Source: Haloferax volcanii DS2
GTDB lineage: Archaea; Halobacteriota; Halobacteria; Halobacteriales; Haloferacaceae
Direction: 5' to 3'
Assembly: GCF_000025685.1 (NCBI RefSeq)
Contig: NC_013967.1
Span: forward strand, 120,001 to 152,000
Length of the DNA stretch: 32,000 nucleotides
A program made the position numbers and the translations under genes. Under the pieces are notes generated by a model that ran no database searches, was not told where the DNA came from, and was given only the letters and a program-made list of their open reading frames with translations. This document shows positions 24,786 through 32,000 of the stretch, in pieces; the stretch's first letter is position 1, and every line of letters begins with the position of its first letter.

Positions 24786-25355
24786 ATGACCGACCCCAAG
24801 GACACAATCAACATCGAAAACGTCGTCGCCTCCACGGGAATCGGCCAAGAGCTCGACCTCCAGAGCGTGGCGATGGACCTCGAGGGTGCCGACTACGACC
24901 CCGAGCAGTTTCCGGGACTCGTCTACCGCACGCAGGAGCCGAAGTCCGCGGCGCTCATCTTCCGGTCCGGGAAAATCGTCTGCACCGGCGCGAAGTCGAC
25001 CGACGACGTCCACGAGAGCCTCGAAATCGTCTTCGACAAGCTCCGCGAGCTTCAGATTCCGGTCGACGACGACCCCGAAATCACCGTGCAGAACATCGTC
25101 ACGAGCGCGGACCTCGGCGAGAACCTGAACCTCAACGCCATCGCCATCGGGCTCGGTCTCGAAAACATCGAGTACGAACCGGAGCAGTTCCCCGGCCTCG
25201 TCTATCGCCTCGACGAACCGAGCGTCGTCGCGCTTCTCTTCGGGTCGGGCAAACTCGTTATCACGGGCGGCAAACAGCCGACAGACGCCGAGGCGGCGGT
25301 CGACGTCATCATCTCGCGGCTCTCCGAACTCGGTCTCCTCAACGGGTCGTTCTAA
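24786..25355 (+). CDS. tbp: TATA-box-binding protein
   Basis: 189-aa ORF with the two TBP direct repeats (NIVAS/NIVTS ... EQFPGLVYR twice) and an acidic halophilic composition. Confidence 0.96.
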   Translation: MTDPKDTINIENVVASTGIGQELDLQSVAMDLEGADYDPEQFPGLVYRTQEPKSAALIFRSGKIVCTGAKSTDDVHESLEIVFDKLRELQIPVDDDPEITVQNIVTSADLGENLNLNAIAIGLGLENIEYEPEQFPGLVYRLDEPSVVALLFGSGKLVITGGKQPTDAEAAVDVIISRLSELGLLNGSF

Positions 25356-25434
25356 CGCCACCGAACCTCGACTGCGTCGCGTAACCGGGACTCGAATCGA
25401 CCGAATCTAAGTCAGTCGCGTCCTTCGGGCCGGT

Positions 25435-25812
25435 ATGGACGCGCTCACCTTGCAGACGGCTACCGGTGCGCCGGTCACGGCCGTCGCCGGAACGTTCGCG
25501 CTGTTCGCGCTGTTCCTCTCTCTCACCGCCCACATCGCCGCGCGGAACGTCCTCGGCGACGTGGAACTCAAGAAGGCGTTCGCCGTCGGCCCGGTCCCGG
25601 CGGCCATCGCCGTCGTCTTCACCTCCTTCGGCTGGAACTCCTTCGTCGCGCTCGCGCTCGCACTCGGCCTCGACTTCGGCTTCGTCAAGTACCTCTACGG
25701 CCGGTCGACCCGCCTGTCGGCGTACGTGATCGTCATCCACTTCGTCGTCTCGGTGCTTCTGGGTCTCGTCCTGTTCGGTCTCTCCGCCATCCTGCTGACC
25801 GCGCCATTCTGA
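25435..25812 (+). CDS. Hypothetical membrane protein (125 aa, about 4 TM)
   Basis: ORF-track entry. Hydrophobic throughout, with high GC3. Confidence 0.55.
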   Translation: MDALTLQTATGAPVTAVAGTFALFALFLSLTAHIAARNVLGDVELKKAFAVGPVPAAIAVVFTSFGWNSFVALALALGLDFGFVKYLYGRSTRLSAYVIVIHFVVSVLLGLVLFGLSAILLTAPF

Positions 25813-25830
25813 GGTTCCCGCCGTACTTTC

Positions 25831-26799
25831 TTGCCTGAGGCCGCCGAACCCCCGTTCGTGTCTCCCCGCCGACTCCTCTGGAACGACGCGGAACGCCGGC
25901 CGCGCGCCCCGTTTCGCCTGCTTTTGACGCCCGTCGTCTTCGTGGCCGTCTCGCTGGTGGTCGGATTCTCGCTTTCGACCGCGCTCGGCGGCCTCGCCGG
26001 GTCGAGCCGCCTCGCGTCGCTCGTCGTCTCGCTCGTCTCGGTCGGCGCGAGCGGTCTCGCCGCGTTCGTCGTCGCGCGGTACGTCGATAGGCGGACCGTC
26101 GCGGACCTCGGACTCGGACTCGACCGCGAGTGGGCGGTCGACCTCGGGTTCGGCCTCGCGCTCGGAACGGGCCTGATGACCGCCGTCTTCGTCGTCGGCG
26201 TCGCGGCCGGTTGGATTGCGGTCTCTCCCGCCCCGCTCGGCGTCGACCGACTGCTCGGCGTCGGGTCGCTTCTGGCGTTCTTCGTCGTCGTCGGCATCGC
26301 GGAGGAACTCCTGCTTCGGGGAATCGTCCTCACCGACGTCGCCGAGGGCCTCCGCTGGCGGTTCGGCCCGGACGCGGCGGTCGCCGGCGGCCTCGCCGTC
26401 TCCTCGGCGGTGTTCGGCGTCGCCCACTACACGAACCCGAACGCGGGGTTCGCCAGCACGACGAGCATCACGCTCGCGGGCGTCATGCTCGGCCTCGGCT
26501 ACGCGCTCACCGGCGACCTCGCCATCCCGACGGGCATCCACATCTCGTGGAACTTCGTGCAGGGCGGCGTCTTCGGCTTCGCGGTCAGCGGCCTCGACTT
26601 CGGCACGTCGCTCGTCGAGACGACCGAGCGCGGCCCCGACGTGATTACCGGCGGCGCGTTCGGCCCGGAGGCCGGTCTGCTCGGCGTCGGCGCAATCGTC
26701 CTCGGCGCGGTCTGCATCGCGGCGTACGTCCGGGTGCGCCGCGGCGACCTCGGGTTCGAGCCGTCGGTCACGGTGCCGGACCTGCGCTGGAAGGAATAA
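25831..26799 (+). CDS. CPBP-family (CAAX-protease-like) intramembrane glutamic endopeptidase
   Basis: 322-aa ORF with the three CPBP motifs: EELLLRG, FGVAHY, and HISWN. The TTG 25831 start is uncertain; GTG 25858 is an alternative. Confidence 0.8.
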   Translation: MPEAAEPPFVSPRRLLWNDAERRPRAPFRLLLTPVVFVAVSLVVGFSLSTALGGLAGSSRLASLVVSLVSVGASGLAAFVVARYVDRRTVADLGLGLDREWAVDLGFGLALGTGLMTAVFVVGVAAGWIAVSPAPLGVDRLLGVGSLLAFFVVVGIAEELLLRGIVLTDVAEGLRWRFGPDAAVAGGLAVSSAVFGVAHYTNPNAGFASTTSITLAGVMLGLGYALTGDLAIPTGIHISWNFVQGGVFGFAVSGLDFGTSLVETTERGPDVITGGAFGPEAGLLGVGAIVLGAVCIAAYVRVRRGDLGFEPSVTVPDLRWKE

Positions 26800-26820
26800 C
26801 GGGCGCGACGGGCGCGTCGA

Positions 26821-27666
26821 TTACTCGACTAACCGCTCGATTTCGGTGACGAGGATGCCGCTCGCGCCGACGTTCTTCAGGTCGCTGACGACCTCGAACA
26901 CGTCGCGTTCGTTCACGACGGCGTGGACGGCGACCGTCGAGTCGCCGGCGACGTCCATCACGGTCGGGCCGCCGAGGCCGGGGATGACCTCCTTCACCTC
27001 GTCGAGCTTCTCGCGCGGCGCGTTCATCATCAGATAGCGCTTGCCCTCCGCGGACCGGACGGATTCGAGCGCCATGAGCAACTGCTGGACCTTCGGGTCG
27101 TCGACCACGTCGGGGCGGGCGAACAGCCGGACCGACGACGACAGCACCTCGTCGATGACTGCGAGGCGGTTCACCCGGAGGGTCGTCCCGGTCGACGTGA
27201 TATCGATGATGGCGTCGGCCATCTCGACGTGCGGCGTCAGTTCGGTCGCGCCCGTGACCTCGACGACCTCGGCGTCGATGCCCTCCTCCTCGAAGTAGGT
27301 CCGCGCGATGTGCGGGAACTCGGTGGCGACGACCTTGCCCGACACGTCCGCGACGGTCTCGATGTCGCCGTCCTCGGGCGCGGCGAGGACGAGCCGACAC
27401 TTCCCGTACTCCAAATCGAGCAGGTCTTCGAGTTCGTGGCCCGACTCGCGGACCTGGTCGAGTCCCGTGATGCCGACCTCGGCGGCCCCGTCGCGGACGT
27501 ACTCGGGGATGTCGGCGGCGCGGGCGAACAGCACGGTCACGTCTGGGTCGACGGTCCCGGCGTAGAGTTTGCGCTCGGCACCGTTGTCGAGGTGCAGCCC
27601 CGCACGCTCCAGAAGTTCTATCGTCGGTTCGTGCAGGCGGCCCTTGTTGGGCACGGCGATTCGCAT
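26821..27666 (-). CDS. hisG: ATP phosphoribosyltransferase
   Basis: 281-aa ORF. Contains [34 protein letters not shown], and the C-terminal regulatory domain of long-form HisG. Confidence 0.95.
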   Translation of the reverse strand: MRIAVPNKGRLHEPTIELLERAGLHLDNGAERKLYAGTVDPDVTVLFARAADIPEYVRDGAAEVGITGLDQVRESGHELEDLLDLEYGKCRLVLAAPEDGDIETVADVSGKVVATEFPHIARTYFEEEGIDAEVVEVTGATELTPHVEMADAIIDITSTGTTLRVNRLAVIDEVLSSSVRLFARPDVVDDPKVQQLLMALESVRSAEGKRYLMMNAPREKLDEVKEVIPGLGGPTVMDVAGDSTVAVHAVVNERDVFEVVSDLKNVGASGILVTEIERLVE

Positions 27667-27714
27667 ACCTCTCCGTCACGTCCCGGAGGTAATTGACTTT
27701 CGCAAGCCGGAACG

Positions 27715-27722
27715 GTTTTTGA
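27715..27722 (+). promoter_or_regulatory. TATA-like box for the M48-like gene
   Basis: GTTTTTGA is centred about 25 nt upstream of ATG 27744 but only about 16 nt from the ORF-track GTG 27735. This favours ATG 27744. Confidence 0.4.
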
Positions 27723-27743
27723 CACGTCTACGAAGTGTCACCT

Positions 27744-28844
27744 ATGGCTCCCGTCACCTTCGCCGGCGCGCTCGTCGGCGTCTCCCTCCTCGGTGCCGGC
27801 TGGTCGCGCCTCAGCGCCGGCCGCCTCGAACGCCGAGACGTGTCCGTCCAGCGGTTCAGACAGCGAGTGCGAAGCAACTGGCTCTACGCCGCCGTCCTGT
27901 TCGTCGGCGTCGTCTGGTGGACGAACGCGGACCGAGCGCTCCTCGCGGCCGTCGGCCTCCAGACCGACTGGCCGTGGGCGGCTCTCGGCTGGGCGCTCAC
28001 CGGCGTCGGTGCCGCGGTCGTGGCGACCGTCTCGTACATGGGCGCGTTCCCGGTGGCGAGACGCGTGCGAGACGCCGATATGGGCGCGGGGACGGTCGCC
28101 GCGAAGATGTTCCGCTACCACCTCGTCGTCGCGGCGCTCGTCTTCTGCGTGGTGACCGTGCTACACGTCGAATTCCGGGTCTTGGAGACCAGCGGCCTGA
28201 TCACCCTGCTCGCGTTCGCAGCCGCCGCGTACGCCTTTTCGGCACCGCTCGTGGGCGTCTCGCAGACGACGGCGGTCCCCGACGACGCGACGCGCGAGCG
28301 ACTCGACCGCCTGTGCGACCGCGCCAGTCTCTCGGTCTCACGGATTCGACTCCTCGACGGCGGCGGCCACCGCTCGGACCATCTCGTCCGCGGCCCGGTC
28401 GGTCGGAAGACGCTCTTTCTCACCGACTCGCTGCTCGACCGCTACGACGACGAGACGGTTTCGGCACTCTTGGCGGTCGACGCCGCGCGGCTCGGTCGGT
28501 TCGTCTACGAACTTCGACTGTTCACCGTGACCGCGGTCGCCGGACTCGTCGTCTGGGGTGTCGGTCGGTCGCCGTTCGGGCTCCTCCCGTCACTTCTGGC
28601 CTTCGCCGGAACCGGCGTGATACTCCTCGTGACCGGCGAGTACGCGAGTAAGCGGCTCATCTATCGGGCCGACGAGGCGGCGGCAGAACGGGTCGGACGC
28701 GCGGCCGTCGCCGACGCGCTCGCCGCGACTGCCGACGAGGTCGACCCCGGCCGCGCGGGGTCGCGTCTCTCGTTCGAGCCGTCGCTGGCGTCGCGCATCG
28801 AACGGCTCCGAGACGGCTCCGGCGCGGGCGAAACGGACGCGTAG
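27744..28844 (+). CDS. Polytopic membrane protein with an M48 (HtpX/Ste24)-like layout but no HExxH
   Basis: ORF 27735..28844. The segment IRLLDGGGHRSDHLVRGPVGRKTLFLTDSLLDRYDDETVSALLAVDAARLGRF parallels the M48 region ending in ...AVLAHELGH. The zinc-binding HExxH is replaced by VDAAR, and there is no HExxH elsewhere in the protein. Confidence 0.65.
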   Translation: MAPVTFAGALVGVSLLGAGWSRLSAGRLERRDVSVQRFRQRVRSNWLYAAVLFVGVVWWTNADRALLAAVGLQTDWPWAALGWALTGVGAAVVATVSYMGAFPVARRVRDADMGAGTVAAKMFRYHLVVAALVFCVVTVLHVEFRVLETSGLITLLAFAAAAYAFSAPLVGVSQTTAVPDDATRERLDRLCDRASLSVSRIRLLDGGGHRSDHLVRGPVGRKTLFLTDSLLDRYDDETVSALLAVDAARLGRFVYELRLFTVTAVAGLVVWGVGRSPFGLLPSLLAFAGTGVILLVTGEYASKRLIYRADEAAAERVGRAAVADALAATADEVDPGRAGSRLSFEPSLASRIERLRDGSGAGETDA

Positions 28845-28865
28845 GACCGCTCCGGGGACCCGACG

Positions 28866-29378
28866 CTATCCTTCGACGAGGTGGTCGAGCAGGCGGTCGA
28901 ACCGGTCGACGAACCGCTCGGGGAGCGACGGCGACACGTCGTCCAACAGCCGGGTCGTCCGCTCGGGGTGGGTGAGGACGAGCGTCACGCGGTTGTGCAG
29001 GTCGCGCTCCTTGCGGACCACGTCGCGTTCGACGAGGTGGTCGAGGTGCCACTCCAGCGTGCTGCGGGCGACGCCGATGTCGTCGGCCACGTCGTCGGGG
29101 CGGGCGTCGCCGTGTTCGAGGAGGTGGCCGAGGATGTCGCGGGCGGTCTCCCGGCGGACGAGCGCGAGCGCGCCGCGCTCCCACGCGTCGAACTCGGGGG
29201 GGAAGTAGTGCGTCCGTCCGTAGAACTCGGAGCGGCGGACCGTCTCGTCGGAGAGCAGTCTGCGGACGTGGTGTTGTACCTGGCCGGGAGCGAGGTCGAG
29301 CGCGCGAACGAGCTCGTTGAAGTGGACTCCCGGGTTGTGCTTGATGTGGTCGGCGACGCGGGTTCGTGTCTCACTCAT
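28866..29378 (-). CDS. Transcriptional regulator with tandem winged-helix (ArsR/MarR-like) modules
   Basis: The 3' part of ORF 28866..29666, from ATG 29378 (MSETRTRVADHIKHNPGVHFNELVRALDLAPGQVQHHVRRL). A second wHTH is at DILGHLLEHGDARPDDVADDIGVARSTLEWHLDHLVERDVV. Confidence 0.75.
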   Translation of the reverse strand: MSETRTRVADHIKHNPGVHFNELVRALDLAPGQVQHHVRRLLSDETVRRSEFYGRTHYFPPEFDAWERGALALVRRETARDILGHLLEHGDARPDDVADDIGVARSTLEWHLDHLVERDVVRKERDLHNRVTLVLTHPERTTRLLDDVSPSLPERFVDRFDRLLDHLVEG

Positions 29379-29722
29379 GGGTCGTTGACCCCCGCCTCGC
29401 GCTCGATGCTCCGGGCGTAGTAGATGGCCGCGAGGACGAGGCCGGCCATCGCGAGGTCCAAGAGGTGTTCGACGACGTGGTGGTCGAACTCGGAGAGGAC
29501 GCCGCCGAGCGTCAGCGCCGCGACGGCCGCCCGCGACGCGAACGCCAACAGCGCCAGCGCGACGAGCAGGTGCGACCGCGTCCGCCGCCGGAGGAAGACG
29601 GCGACGCCGAGCGCGGCCAGCGTGACCGACGAGACGCCCGCGAGAACGACGACAGCGGTCATCCACGGACCGCCCGCTTGGACGTGCCCCGGAACGAGCG
29701 CGAGGTTCGACGGGGGCTCCAT
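29375..29722 (-). CDS. Hypothetical membrane protein (115 aa, 3 TM), co-transcribed with the wHTH regulator
   Basis: ORF-track entry. Its stop overlaps the regulator's ATG (ATGA at 29375-29378). Confidence 0.55.
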   Translation of the reverse strand: MEPPSNLALVPGHVQAGGPWMTAVVVLAGVSSVTLAALGVAVFLRRRTRSHLLVALALLAFASRAAVAALTLGGVLSEFDHHVVEHLLDLAMAGLVLAAIYYARSIEREAGVNDP

Positions 29723-29885
29723 GTCCCCCGATACTGGGGGTTCGGACCTAAGGGGGCGTGCTCGTTCTCGATTTTCGGGAATCGGACTACCGCCGGTATT
29801 CGGCCCGCTCAGCGCCGAAACGGGCGGTCATCTCTCGCGGCCGCGAGACGGTGGATTCACCACCCCGCCGCCCCGAACGAGCGAC

Positions 29886-31178
29886 ATGAACACGCTCCGA
29901 ATCGCGGGCGGACAGGTGCTCCGCCCCGACGCGACGGTCGAGGACGCGGACGTACTCGTGGACCGCGACGAGGGAACCATCCTCGACATCGGCGCGGACC
30001 TCGACGCCGACGCCGACGAGACGCTCGACGCCGCGGGCTGTCTCGTCACGCCCGGTCTGGTGAACGCCCACTGCCACGTGGCGATGACGCTCCTGCGCGG
30101 CTACGCCGACGACAAGCCGCTCGACGCGTGGCTCCGCGAGGACATCTGGCCCGCGGAGGGCGCGCTCACGCCCGAGGACGTGCGCGCCGGCGCGGAACTC
30201 GGCCTCGTGGAGATGATTAAGTCGGGGACCACCGGGTTCGCGGATATGTACTTCCACGTCCCCGAAATCGCCGCCGCGGTCGAGGAGGCCGGCCTCCGCG
30301 CCCGCCTCGGCCACGGCGTCGTCACGCTCGGGAAGGACGACGCGGACGCGCGGGCCGACATCGACGAGAGCCTCGACGTGGCCCGCGAGTTCGACGGCGC
30401 GGCGGACGGCCGGATTCGGACCGCCGCGATGCCGCACTCGCTGACGACGGTCGCGGAGGAGTACCTCCACGAGTTCGTCGCCGACGCCCACGACGAGGGC
30501 ATCCCGGTCCACTACCACGCCAACGAGACGACCGACGAGGTCGACCCCATCGTCGACGAGCGCGGCGAGCGCCCGCTGTCGTACGCGAAAGACCTCGGCA
30601 TGCTCACCGCCGACGACTTCCTCGCTCACGGCGTCCACGTCGACGACGCGGAAATCGACCTGCTCGCGGACGCGGGCACCGGCGTCGTCCACTGCCCGGC
30701 GTCGAACATGAAGCTCGCCTCCGGCATGGCTCCCGTCCAGAAACTGCTCGACGCGGGCGTCACGGTCGGCCTCGGCACCGACGGCGCGGCCTCGAACAAC
30801 GACCTCGACATGTTCGACGAGATGCGCGACGCCGCGATGCTCGGCAAACTCGCCGCCGAGGACGCCAGCGCCGTCGCCGCGCCCGACGTGGTACGGATGG
30901 CGACCGCCGGCTCCGCCGCCGCCGTCGACCTCCCCGGCGGCGCGCTCGAAGTCGGCGGCGCGGCCGACCTCGCCGTCGTCGACCTCGACGCGCCGCATCT
31001 CACGCCCGCGAACGACCTCGTGAGCCACCTCGCGTACGCCGCCCGCGGCTCCGACGTTCGCCACACGGTCTGTGACGGGCGGGTGCTGATGCGGGACCGC
31101 GAGGTGCTGACGCTCGACGAGGACGCCGTGATGGCCCGCGCCCGCGAGGCGGTCGCGTCGCTCCGCGAGCGCGTCTGA
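29886..31178 (+). CDS. mtaD: Amidohydrolase: 5'-methylthioadenosine/S-adenosylhomocysteine deaminase (MtaD/DadD-like)
   Basis: The 3' part of ORF 29424..31178, from ATG 29886 (MNTLRIAGGQVLRPD). Contains VNAHCHVAMT (HxH metal site), HYHANET, VHCPASNMKL, and GLGTDGAASNN. Confidence 0.88.
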   Translation: MNTLRIAGGQVLRPDATVEDADVLVDRDEGTILDIGADLDADADETLDAAGCLVTPGLVNAHCHVAMTLLRGYADDKPLDAWLREDIWPAEGALTPEDVRAGAELGLVEMIKSGTTGFADMYFHVPEIAAAVEEAGLRARLGHGVVTLGKDDADARADIDESLDVAREFDGAADGRIRTAAMPHSLTTVAEEYLHEFVADAHDEGIPVHYHANETTDEVDPIVDERGERPLSYAKDLGMLTADDFLAHGVHVDDAEIDLLADAGTGVVHCPASNMKLASGMAPVQKLLDAGVTVGLGTDGAASNNDLDMFDEMRDAAMLGKLAAEDASAVAAPDVVRMATAGSAAAVDLPGGALEVGGAADLAVVDLDAPHLTPANDLVSHLAYAARGSDVRHTVCDGRVLMRDREVLTLDEDAVMARAREAVASLRERV

Positions 31179-31248
31179 ACCCCCCGTCCGGCCCGCCGCC
31201 GCCTCCGACTCGCCGCCGTCTGGTCCGGTCGCACCGCCCTCCAGCCTG

Positions 31249-31593
31249 CTACCCGGCCAGCTCGATGCGCAGTCCGTCGTCGGTCACGCTGACCTCCATG
31301 CGCTCGAACGTCCGGTGGTACTGCGCGACGTGTCGGCCGTCGCTGTGGTCGACCATGATGGACTTCTCGAACAGCGACGCCTCGTGAAGTCGCTTGACCT
31401 CCCGGTAGGCCGTCGACAGCGGCACGTCGGCCCGACAGCTCAGCTCCTTGACCGTCAGCGGCTCGTCGGCGACGCGGAGGAGGTCCGGAACTGCGGGGGC
31501 GCTCATCAGGGCGAACAACTCCTGTTCGGCGAGCGTCTTGCCGTTATCTATGACGAGCATCGGCCCTCGGCGGTACAATCTCACGGTTGACAC
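31249..31593 (-). CDS. Small winged-helix transcriptional regulator
   Basis: 114-aa ORF (GTG 31593; alternative ATG 31560, MLVIDNGK). HTH at [29 protein letters not shown]. Confidence 0.7.
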   Translation of the reverse strand: MSTVRLYRRGPMLVIDNGKTLAEQELFALMSAPAVPDLLRVADEPLTVKELSCRADVPLSTAYREVKRLHEASLFEKSIMVDHSDGRHVAQYHRTFERMEVSVTDDGLRIELAG

Positions 31594-31658
31594 TTGTAGA
31601 TTCGGGGGCGGCGACCGCCTTCGGTAGGGTTTTCGGACCCCTCTCCGAACCCACGGGT

Positions 31659-32000
31659 ATGAGCGAACACTACGCTCCCGTCTCCGAGCACCTCGACGAC
31701 GTCGAGGCCGCCCGGACGGAGGGACGACGCAAGATGGACTGGGCGCTCCAGCACATGCCCATCCTGCAGGAGCTCCGCGAGCAGTTCGAGTCGGAACAGC
31801 CGCTCGCCGGCGAGGTCGTCGGCATGGCGATGCACGTCGAGGCGAAGACGGCGAACCTCGTCGAACTGCTGGCGCTCGGCGGCGCGGAAGTCGCCATCAC
31901 CGGCTGTAACCCGCTTTCGACCCACGACGACGTGTCGGCGGCGCTCGACGCCAACGACGACATCACCTCCTACGCCGTCCGCGGCGTCGACGAGGAGGGC
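31659..32000 (+). CDS. ahcY: Adenosylhomocysteinase-family enzyme; 5' part only (runs off the right edge)
   Basis: Hand translation from ATG 31659 gives [92 protein letters not shown], a typical AhcY N-terminus. It is absent from the ORF track because it has no stop in the window. Confidence 0.9.
   Translation, partial: MSEHYAPVSEHLDDVEAARTEGRRKMDWALQHMPILQELREQFESEQPLAGEVVGMAMHVEAKTANLVELLALGGAEVAITGCNPLSTHDDVSAALDANDDITSYAVRGVDEEG

Noticed and set aside
1-32000. A search for CRISPR arrays, transposases or IS termini, integrases, restriction-modification, toxin-antitoxin or other defence-type genes
   Set aside because: I found no spacer-repeat periodicity, no inverted terminal repeats bracketing an ORF, and no ORF with DDE, tyrosine-recombinase, Cas, or nuclease/methylase motifs that I could recognise. 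The only mobile-element hint is the tRNA 3'-end duplication, which is reported as a finding.

Overview
GC-rich segment with strong GC3 codon bias and acidic proteins, which indicates a haloarchaeal chromosome. From memory the thermosome sequence and its neighbours look Haloferax-like; I cannot verify this here. About 45 tightly packed genes, mostly core housekeeping. Left to right: a UPF0201/P-loop kinase-like pair, YccF-like protein, tRNA-Arg(UCU), thermosome subunit, the KH(Dim2-like)/Rio1/aIF-1A cluster, alpha/beta hydrolase, TyrRS, a large DUF460-type protein, SPFH/prohibitin, PhzF-like isomerase, RNase Z, a divergent RFC small subunit start/stop-coupled to an archaetidylserine decarboxylase-like gene, a complete 7-gene urease cluster in the order ureB-ureC-ureA-ureG-ureD-ureE-ureF, a Tat lipoprotein, a THUMP/Trm-G10-type methyltransferase, TBP, a CPBP protease, HisG, a degenerate M48-like membrane protein, two wHTH regulators, MTA/SAH deaminase, and the 5' part of adenosylhomocysteinase. 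Many genes have TATA-like boxes about 25-30 nt upstream of the start codon (leaderless style), and many are joined by ATGA/GTGA/TAATG overlaps. I found no CRISPR array, transposase, integrase, or recognisable defence or toxin-antitoxin genes, and no convincing novel multi-gene system. The window reads as an ordinary core region. The items most worth a second look are: (1) a 181-bp-period duplication behind tRNA-Arg that copies the tRNA 3' end four times with nested hairpins; (2) the uncharacterised DUF460-type protein with two RNase-H-like modules and a coiled coil; (3) the SAH deaminase / wHTH / AhcY arrangement, which suggests an S-inosylhomocysteine route; (4) three proteins that appear to have lost catalytic motifs (RFC Walker B DE->DN, M48-like without HExxH, a half ABC ATPase); (5) small unannotated ORFs (a 35-aa CPxC zinc finger and a ureB-coupled uORF). 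The long ORFs on the opposite strand of real genes are GC-driven artefacts.
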